Part shown: positions 28,511-35,792 of the stretch, in pieces
Position numbering within the stretch: the stretch's first letter is position 1
Layout: every line of letters starts with the position of its first letter
Source of the DNA: Promethearchaeia archaeon
Lineage (GTDB): Archaea > Asgardarchaeota > Lokiarchaeia > Sigyniarchaeales > SOKP01
Reading direction: 5' to 3'
Length of the DNA stretch: 56,235 bases
Assembly (NCBI GenBank): GCA_029856145.1
Contig: JAHQWK010000006.1
Span: 1-56,235 of the forward strand
Notes under the pieces: generated by a model
Seen by the model: only the letters and a program-made list of their open reading frames with translations
Databases searched by the model: none
What the model was told of the DNA's origin: nothing
Made by a program: the position numbers and the translations under genes

Positions 28511-29028
28511 TAGGCTTGGCGCTCTAATATTTTTCTTGTTAAAACATCGAAAGCTTTTTGAACATTTTCGCCCGTTTTGGAAGAAATTTTGAGATAATCA
28601 ATCAAATTAAATTCACTAAGAAAAGATTTTGCATAATCGTCTTCGACCATGATCTCATCATCTAAATCTAATTTTGTACCTAAAAAGAGAACAGGAAGAT
28701 CTGGGGCACCTTTCCGCACAATATTAAGCCATTGTTGCAAATTTTCTAAAGTGGTTATTCGAGTAAGATCAAACATTAACAATGCCCCCTTAGCTCCTAA
28801 GACGTAACTTTCAAGTAAAAAACGAAATCTTTCTTGTCCACCGAAATCCCAGAGCTGCAATGTACAATGTTTGGAATCAATCTCGGTCTCTTTTAAAAAA
28901 AACTCCACCCCGATAGTCATTTTTGTCTCGGCCGAGAATTTTCCCTCGACATACCTGTGAAGCAGTGTTGTTTTCCCTACTCCTCCTTCCCCTGCAGTCA
29001 TTATTTTGAGTATATACTTGGCCGGCAT
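28507..29028 (-). CDS. Rab-like small GTPase
   Basis: GEGGVGKT, TIGVEF, WDFGGQERF, TKLD, ISSK; paralog of 27432-27947. Confidence 0.93.
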   Translation of the reverse strand: MPAKYILKIMTAGEGGVGKTTLLHRYVEGKFSAETKMTIGVEFFLKETEIDSKHCTLQLWDFGGQERFRFLLESYVLGAKGALLMFDLTRITTLENLQQWLNIVRKGAPDLPVLFLGTKLDLDDEIMVEDDYAKSFLSEFNLIDYLKISSKTGENVQKAFDVLTRKILERQAY

Positions 29029-29335
29029 TGTTGTTATTCTCTTCTTGATTTTTGGGCGATTAGTCTTAAATATTACTCTTCTGGAGCTTTTTATTAAGAT
29101 TATTAAATATTTATGTTATAATGATAATCAAAAAACGTATTAATATTCTTTTTTGAAACGATATTTTGAAATTAATTAAATTGAATAATAATTTTTTGTT
29201 TTTGTTTTTTATGGTTTCTTTGAATTTAAATCAATAAAAAAGAATTTAAAAATAAATTTTATTAATTTCGGTATAATAATTACTATTAGTCTTTTTTTGG
29301 AAATATTAATAGATATACATATAAGGTGATTAAAT

Positions 29336-29629
29336 ATGAAAATGAAAAAGAAAGTTCCAACTGAAGAAGAATTAAACAAACTAAAAGTAAATTCATGGGG
29401 TACGTGGAGTAAAGAAGTCAGTGAATTTGATTGGTCATATGGTGATACAGAAACTTGTTATATTTTGGATGGAGAGGTAGAAGTGACAGATTCAGATACA
29501 GGAGAGAAAATCGAATTTAAGAAGGGTGAGCTTGTTCAATTTGAAAAAGGCTTAAAATGTGTTTGGAATGTGAAAAGACCAATAAGAAAGCATTTTAGTT
29601 TTGATCTAAATTTTGGAGATATTGATTAA
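29336..29629 (+). CDS. Cupin protein (DUF861/EutQ-like)
   Basis: WGTWSKEVSEFDWSY..TETCYILDGEV...FEKGLKCVW. Confidence 0.85.
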   Translation: MKMKKKVPTEEELNKLKVNSWGTWSKEVSEFDWSYGDTETCYILDGEVEVTDSDTGEKIEFKKGELVQFEKGLKCVWNVKRPIRKHFSFDLNFGDID

Positions 29630-29735
29630 TCCTCCTTTTTTTTCTTTTTATTTTTTTATCGCTTCAAAAAATAAAATTATAAATACCATTAATAAACAGT
29701 TAGATTAATAAAACTAAGATTTAAACCGATTTAAA

Positions 29736-30218
29736 ATGGATAATGAATCACAAATAGATATTAAAACCTTAAGACCAAATCAATTAGGATATGTCTATAA
29801 GGATATTGAGAAACACGCTAAAATTATGGAATCTTTCTTAGGTGCTTCAAAATTCGTTATTTTTGACCCCCTTGAATTAGATGTTACTGTTCGGGGAGTT
29901 AAAAAGAAATTTACAATAAAGTCAGGTTTTGGCAGGATTTTTGATACTGAAATTGAATTACTTCAACCAGTAGAGGGAGAATCAATCTATACAGAGTTTT
30001 TAGAAGAAGGAAGAGAAGGACTACATCATGTAAGTTATAAAGTTGATAATATCTCCGCTTATATTGATGAATTTAAGAAAACCGGAATAAAAGTTTTACA
30101 ATGGGGCTTGCTTGTAAAATTAGTTTATGTTTATTTAGATACTGAGAAAATTTTTAACACAATAATTGAGTTTACTGAGGAACTCAAAAGGGGAATGAGG
30201 AATACATTGAGTTTTTAG
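29736..30218 (+). CDS. VOC/glyoxalase family protein (methylmalonyl-CoA epimerase-like)
   Basis: QLGYVYKDIE, EIELLQPVEGESIYTEFL...EGLHHV, YLDT. Confidence 0.85.
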   Translation: MDNESQIDIKTLRPNQLGYVYKDIEKHAKIMESFLGASKFVIFDPLELDVTVRGVKKKFTIKSGFGRIFDTEIELLQPVEGESIYTEFLEEGREGLHHVSYKVDNISAYIDEFKKTGIKVLQWGLLVKLVYVYLDTEKIFNTIIEFTEELKRGMRNTLSF

Positions 30219-30219
30219 T

Positions 30220-30765
30220 TTATATTTCAAATCGCTGCTTGTCTTTGTGTTCTTTTACTGAAATTTCTCTCTCACTGAGTCTATTAAGTTTTACTAAACT
30301 ATCTTTCATTGCTTTAATCTCTGCGCGAGTAGTAACCTTATAATCTTTTAAATTATCAAGGATTTCTTTCTCACTAAAACCTTTATTATAGACTTCTTCG
30401 AATTTTGCGATTGTTTTCTCATGATAGAAAATATATTGTTTATTTAAGAAAGCAATTAACCAGTCTTTTTTTTCTTGTTTTTGAGATAATTCAAACATCT
30501 CATCCTGTATTTTTAGTAAAGATTTCTTAAACTTTCGTGCAATTAACTCATCTTCAATTTTATAGTATTTTCTTAGGAATTTATGAAGTTTTCTTTTAAA
30601 AAGCAATCTTGGAACATATGATAACAAGAACAACACTAATGTGATACCGGACATCCAAATAGCAGCTATGGGATTATAAATGGCTACAATTAGGATAATA
30701 GCCACAAGAAAAAGAAACCATCTTCTTCCAATTGTTTTTATTATAACAATATACTTTTTTGGCAA
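30220..30765 (-). CDS. Hypothetical membrane protein
   Basis: Two N-terminal TM helices, basic soluble tail. Confidence 0.65.
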   Translation of the reverse strand: MPKKYIVIIKTIGRRWFLFLVAIILIVAIYNPIAAIWMSGITLVLFLLSYVPRLLFKRKLHKFLRKYYKIEDELIARKFKKSLLKIQDEMFELSQKQEKKDWLIAFLNKQYIFYHEKTIAKFEEVYNKGFSEKEILDNLKDYKVTTRAEIKAMKDSLVKLNRLSEREISVKEHKDKQRFEI

Positions 30766-30850
30766 GGTTTCAGACTAAGAATTATTCCGTATTAATTAAA
30801 GATATAATTTATTGCTTAAAAACTTAATTTTAGATGAAAATAAAAAGGTA

Positions 30851-31050
30851 AACCACGTATAACCACATAAAAAAGCGTGACCGGGTATTTTCCTTGTATG
30901 CCATGACCGTAAGCTAACTTACAGTTTGTAGTTTCCCATAGATCGCAACTACAGTACTATCTACAACGCGAAACAAGTTTAACTTCCGGGTTCGGATGGT
31001 TCCAGCGCAGTAGCGAATTGCTACTAATTTATGTGGTTATGAACGTAATT
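30851..31050 (-). repeat. Inverted repeat forming a processing stem with a BHB/BHL motif around the permuted 5S rRNA
   Basis: Perfect 13-bp inverted repeat 30859-30871 / 31028-31040, extended by 8 bp with G-U pairs on the minus strand; GCG-CUGG-AAC pairs with CCGG-UCA-CGC. Confidence 0.85.
30879..30999 (-). rRNA. rrf: 5S rRNA gene, circularly permuted (3' part 30999-30918, 4-nt linker, 5' part 30913-30879)
   Basis: Sense strand reads CCAUCCGAACCCGGAAGUUAA...UAGUACU...GGGAAACUACAAACUGUAAG-UUAG-CUUACGGUCAUGGC...AUACCCGGUC. All five 5S helices pair: I CUUACGG/CUGUAAG, II ACAAG/CUUGU, III ACCCGG/CCGGaaGU, IV CUGUAG/CUAUGG, V UUGUAG/CUACAA; loop E AGUA/GAA. Confidence 0.9.
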
Positions 31051-31057
31051 TTGAACC

Positions 31058-31105
31058 ATTTTATAAGGTCGGTTATTTTATAAGAAAATACTTACTTATA
31101 TATGG
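31058..31105 (-). promoter_or_regulatory. Candidate TATA boxes for the pre-5S transcript
   Basis: Minus strand has two CTTATAAAAT copies and ATATATAAG just upstream of the processing stem. Confidence 0.35.
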
Positions 31106-31222
31106 TTACAAGTAAATAGGAAAAATTAAAGCTAATAAAAAAACTTTACTGTAATATATTTAATAGATTTGGAGAAAGATAAGTTTAAAAAGGAATAATG
31201 TAATAAATTTACATTAGATTTA

Positions 31223-33379
31223 TCAAATCTCTCTTTCAATACGAGTGGCTTTTTTTAATCCATAAAATGTAATATAACCAGAAATTCCAATAACTCCAAT
31301 GATGGTAATCATAGAGATCACTGATATGTAATTCATTAATGGAGTTGGGATTAATAGAGTAAATGAAGAATCTTGGAAAATAATTGTATTATTGGCATAA
31401 TCTCTTGTAATAATAAAATAAGAGTATTTACCTGGTATTAACTTCTCGGTGTTAATAGGGAATAGTTCTTTATTTTCTTTAATGCTATTTGATAATCCAT
31501 AGTAAGTATAATCAGTAAAATTATTTTTAGATAAATATACATATACACATTCTATCCCTGATTTATTGTCATGAGTTTCAATATTGAAAGTAGTTATAAC
31601 TGAAGTTTTAGGATTCTTAGGGCTACATTCTACTCCCATTAACAGAGGTTTATTGTCATCTGGAAGTGCCGTAAAATTGAAATAAGATGGGATTAAATTG
31701 TGCCCTGTAATTGTCACATTATATAACTCATTTGCTTGAGCGGGGACGCGAAAATTCGCTAAACCAGTGTCATCCGCGTATGCAGTATGATATTTTCCAT
31801 CAGAAGTTCTTAAATGAACTTTTGCATAAGGCACATCTTTACCATCAATATCTTTAATAGATATCGACACTAATTGACCCTCATAAACACTTTCAGAAAA
31901 AGGATTTAATGCTGCTTTAGGTCTGTCTGTATAAATATCAAGCTCCGGATCGCCCAAAAGGCAATAAGTCAAAATATTTTTGCGTTCAAAATCTAATTCT
32001 GTTGAACCAAAATCCTTGGTATAATAATCGCTATTCATATATGCAATTTTTGAATCATAAAGAGCCCTACCTTGTTGAAACTTTTTGTTAACAAAAAATT
32101 CTTTCCAGAATAATTTTGCATTTCCACGATTTAACATTTCGAGATCATAATCATCTGTAAAATACCATGTGACTCTTAACCCTCCAATTGCTCCAATCGC
32201 ACCACCATCTTCTTTTTTTATTAATGTTTCACCAATACTATCATCACTAAAATCATAACTCGATGTTGAGCAAGCATCTAAGTACACTAAAGAAGGCATA
32301 TGATCATTCGAGCTAGTACTAGCATCTGATGAACGATACCCCACTGTAGTGGGATTTCTGTAGTATGCTGTTGGAAGACCATGGCCCACCATCAATACTG
32401 TAGAAAATCCATCATTAAAATAATTATCAAGATCTGTTCGGGTAAGATTGTTTCCTTCTTCTACTAAATGAGTGTAATTCACTTCGTTTTTAGCAAAATT
32501 TTCTATAATATAACTTGTTAAGCGGCTTTCATATTCTCCATCAGGATCAGAGCCACTAGGATAATCAGATATTCCTCCTGCTAACAACATACTATTCATC
32601 CAATCACCAATATTAGGATTAGTCTCATATTTCAATGTTTTATTTACCATAATTTCAAGTTCGTTAGCATTATTTGCGGGAAACCTCCCTACATAAACTT
32701 CTGGATCCCAAGAGATTTCATCTAATCCATAAGCATTATCCGGATTATCCGGATTATCTGGATTAGTCGGACTTTCTCCCCAATTTCCATCTCCATCACT
32801 ATTCCAAGTCCCATTAAGATCTGCATAATAGAAATCTGTAGGTTTATATTCTTCTCCTCCAACTGTTTCTGTTCTCCCACCACCCCATCTTGATACATCC
32901 GGGTTATACACTTTCCTAATCGGAATTAAATCCCCTTGAGCATTTTCAGTATCTCCTGCTAAGAGAACCCATCTTATATTTTCTCTATTATAATACCATT
33001 TAATCATGTTCCGAATTCGTTCTGCATCATCCACCCCCTCATATAAAGAGAAATTACTTAAAATGATTGTTTTGACACCTTTTTCATTTTTCCAGTCCAT
33101 TAAAGGTTTCACAGCATTGATAAAATCTGTGTTATTTGGAGTTATAATTAACATTTCGATTTTTGGATTATACCAGCTATCGTTTAATTTGGTATAATCG
33201 ATATCTGGTAAAATAGATATATCGATATCTAAATATCCATTAGAAATTCTTGGATTTTCTGACCGGTAATATTCTGTTGTATTTATTAAATTATTGGATA
33301 AAAATATATTGATTAGGGGAGAAAAAGCTAATAAAAAGATAGACAAGTAGATAAATTTTTTAGGAAAAAGTCTAACCAT
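31223..33379 (-). CDS. Peptidase C25 (gingipain-family) cysteine protease, secreted and membrane-anchored
   Basis: Signal peptide; WVLLAGD, PTDFYYADL, EVYVGRFP, catalytic GHG and DACST, LLGDPEL; C-terminal TM helix. Confidence 0.88.
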   Translation of the reverse strand: MVRLFPKKFIYLSIFLLAFSPLINIFLSNNLINTTEYYRSENPRISNGYLDIDISILPDIDYTKLNDSWYNPKIEMLIITPNNTDFINAVKPLMDWKNEKGVKTIILSNFSLYEGVDDAERIRNMIKWYYNRENIRWVLLAGDTENAQGDLIPIRKVYNPDVSRWGGGRTETVGGEEYKPTDFYYADLNGTWNSDGDGNWGESPTNPDNPDNPDNAYGLDEISWDPEVYVGRFPANNANELEIMVNKTLKYETNPNIGDWMNSMLLAGGISDYPSGSDPDGEYESRLTSYIIENFAKNEVNYTHLVEEGNNLTRTDLDNYFNDGFSTVLMVGHGLPTAYYRNPTTVGYRSSDASTSSNDHMPSLVYLDACSTSSYDFSDDSIGETLIKKEDGGAIGAIGGLRVTWYFTDDYDLEMLNRGNAKLFWKEFFVNKKFQQGRALYDSKIAYMNSDYYTKDFGSTELDFERKNILTYCLLGDPELDIYTDRPKAALNPFSESVYEGQLVSISIKDIDGKDVPYAKVHLRTSDGKYHTAYADDTGLANFRVPAQANELYNVTITGHNLIPSYFNFTALPDDNKPLLMGVECSPKNPKTSVITTFNIETHDNKSGIECVYVYLSKNNFTDYTYYGLSNSIKENKELFPINTEKLIPGKYSYFIITRDYANNTIIFQDSSFTLLIPTPLMNYISVISMITIIGVIGISGYITFYGLKKATRIEREI
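32735..32765. repeat. 9-nt coding tandem repeat (NPD x3)
   Basis: ATTATCCGG ATTATCCGG ATTATCTGG ATTA. Confidence 0.8.
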
Positions 33380-33471
33380 TAATTATCAAGATAACAATTT
33401 ATTAACAATATATATATTATAGGATATAAAGATTTAAAAATAAGAATTTAATTGTTATAAAAAAAATTTTT

Positions 33472-33699
33472 ATGGTTATTATGCCACTTCGATTTAATTT
33501 TTGCCCACATTGTGAAGAAAAAATAATATTTGAAATTGAGATGAAAGACATTAATTCTAGCCATTATCCTGCTCCAGTTTATATCGTATGCAAACTGTGC
33601 CATAAATTATCAACATTTTATGTGGACAGTTTCTTACGAGTATCTTATAAAGAGCTTGATAAAAAAACAGGTGGTATCACGACGATTAATACACAATGA
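33472..33699 (+). CDS. Small Zn-finger protein
   Basis: CPHC...YPAPVYIVCKLCH; 75 aa. Confidence 0.6.
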   Translation: MVIMPLRFNFCPHCEEKIIFEIEMKDINSSHYPAPVYIVCKLCHKLSTFYVDSFLRVSYKELDKKTGGITTINTQ

Positions 33700-33823
33700 T
33701 AGATTTTATAGCTATTTTTTTTTAACAAACCCTATATATTGATTAATTTAATAAAAAATACTACCTTAATTGTTCTTAGGAAACTAAATATATAGGAGTT
33801 AAAAACACTAAAATTAAATTAAT

Positions 33824-35425
33824 ATGTCTTATAAATTGGAAGATGTAAGTGGAATTGGAAAAGCAACGGCAGAAAGATTAAAAACAGCCAAAATTGATTC
33901 TGTTGAAAAGCTTGCTAACGCTAAACCAGAAGATTTATTAAAGCTAAAAATAAAGGGTGTTGGAAAAGCAACGGCCGAGAAATATATTGCAAATGCAAAA
34001 AAAATGCTAAAAGAAACAGAGATTCCAGAACAATCATCTGGTGAAGTAAAAGAAAAACCTGAAGAAAAATCTGATTCAAAACCTAAAGCAAAACCTAGAC
34101 CAAAGCCAGTTTCAAAAGCGGAGGTTAGTAAGCTAAAAGAATTGATAAAACAACAAGCGGAATGTAATATAGGGCTCGTAGGGCATGTAGATCATGGAAT
34201 TTATTGAAGGGCTCCTTCATAGAACATAAAGACAACCCTAGTAAAAACCCTAACAGGAGATTGGACAGATAGGCATTCGGAAGAGCAAGAAAGAGGAATT
34301 TCAATAAAATTAGGGTATTCTAATGCTACTATTTTATGTTGTCCAAATTGCGACGAGTATATAACATATTACCTAGCTGAACAAGCAAGGAAAAAAGGAG
34401 AAACTCGATTTTTATGCCCTCAATGTAAAGAACAGTTAGAATTTAGAAGAAATATTTCATTCGTCGATGCTCCTGGCCATGAAATCTTAATGGCAACAAT
34501 GTTAAGTGGAGCTTCATTGATGGATGGGGCATGTTTATTAATCGCTGCTGATGAGAAATGTCCTCAACCACAAACAAGAGAACATTTAGAAGCATTACAT
34601 ATTGCAGATATAGAAAACATAATTATACTACAAAATAAAATAGACGCAGTTTCACGAGAGCAGGTAAAGGAGAATTATCAACAAATTAAAGAATTTGTTA
34701 AAGGTACCATTGCTGAAAAAGCCCCCATTATACCAATTTCAGCAGTATTTGGCGCTAATATAGGTTTAGTTTTAAGAGCATTCGAAGAAATTATTCCTTC
34801 CCCTGTACTTAGTGAGGGAGATTTCCAATTTTTAATAGCTAGATCTTTTGATATTAATCGTCCAGGGAAAGAAATCAATAGCTTAAAAGGGGGCGTAATA
34901 GGTGGTTCAGTTTTAAAAGGGAACATCAATATTGGCGATCAAATTGAAATTCGACCGGGTTTAAGAGTTAAAGATAACTATATTCCTCTAAAATCCACTA
35001 TTGTAAGTATTAGTCAAGGAAACAATCTATTGGATAATGCTAAGCCGGGAGGGCTTATAGGTTTAGGAACAAAATTAGATCCCGCTTTAACCAAGGGTGA
35101 TCACTTGATAGGTCATTTGGTTGGAAAACCGGATACTTTACCCGATGTTTTGGATGAAGTAGAATTAAAAGTAAATCTTTTAGATAGAGTAATTGGCGTT
35201 GAACAAATGCTCCGAGTACATTCACTTAAGCATAATGAAAAATTATTATTAGTTGTAGGAACAGAAAAGACGGGAGGTACAGTAACAAAAATCTTAAAAA
35301 ATACTGTTATTCTAAAATTAAATCCTCCAATATGTCCTCCAGAAAAGTTTATCTACGCAATTTCGAGAATTATAAACAGACGTTATCGATTAATTGGATA
35401 TGGAGAGACAGTAAATCATAATTAA
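33824..35425 (+). CDS. eif2g: Translation initiation factor aIF-2 gamma with N-terminal HhH domain, interrupted by a putative 30-nt intron; join(33824..34199,34230..35425), 523 aa
   Basis: Joined frame reads [41 protein letters not shown]...CPNC...CPQC...SFVDAPGHEILMATMLSGA...PQPQTREHL...QNKID...PISA...ARSFDINRPG; the two listed ORFs share one frame. Confidence 0.92.
34200..34229 (+). other. Putative archaeal (BHB-type) intron in aIF-2 gamma mRNA
   Basis: 30-nt insertion inside the P-loop with in-frame TGA and TAG; internal UGAAGG/CCUUCA hairpin; 3-nt bulges AAU and AAA flank the 4-nt helix AUGG/ACAU. Confidence 0.75.
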
Positions 35426-35457
35426 AATCCTATTTCAATAACTTCTACTTTTAACCA

Positions 35458-35787
35458 TTATGAGGAATAAGAAATAAAGACTTCGCGTATTTTTCCCCTT
35501 ATTAGCGATAAGGATGGATCTACACCATGAAAAACTTTTTTTAAAGTTTGAATTACTTCTTTTTCATTATTGGGGTTGTTTGATTTTGTTAAACTTTGTT
35601 TAGTTTCATATAATATCAGAGTATCAGAAACTTTAGCAAGAAAATGAAGTATTATCTCAGCAATTACATTACTCGATAAATTGATATGATTTTTAACTTC
35701 TTTAATTTCATAAAAAATCTCATTCATTATTCTTTTTTCTAAAAAAGTAATAAAATCATCTATATTATCACAAAAGATAACAATCAA
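35458..35787 (-). CDS. Hypothetical protein
   Basis: 109-aa ORF directly downstream of 35793-37493 on the same strand. Confidence 0.6.
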   Translation of the reverse strand: MIVIFCDNIDDFITFLEKRIMNEIFYEIKEVKNHINLSSNVIAEIILHFLAKVSDTLILYETKQSLTKSNNPNNEKEVIQTLKKVFHGVDPSLSLIRGKIREVFISYSS

Positions 35788-35792
35788 AGTAT

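Noticed and set aside
30879-30999. Two broken tandem 5S fragments or a mis-assembly
   Set aside because: The parts are non-overlapping, sum to one complete 5S, and are enclosed by a long stem with BHB-like geometry exactly at the break. A read-level check is still advised.
34205-34207. TGA after GHVDHGIY read as selenocysteine or by readthrough
   Set aside because: A second in-frame stop (TAG) follows five codons later, and ten extra residues inside the P-loop would destroy it. Removal of 30 nt explains the sequence better.
33824-35425. aIF2-gamma as two separate genes or a pseudogene
   Set aside because: Both parts are in one frame with all motifs intact, including the unlisted 34230-34489 segment; the only lesion is the structured 30-nt insert.
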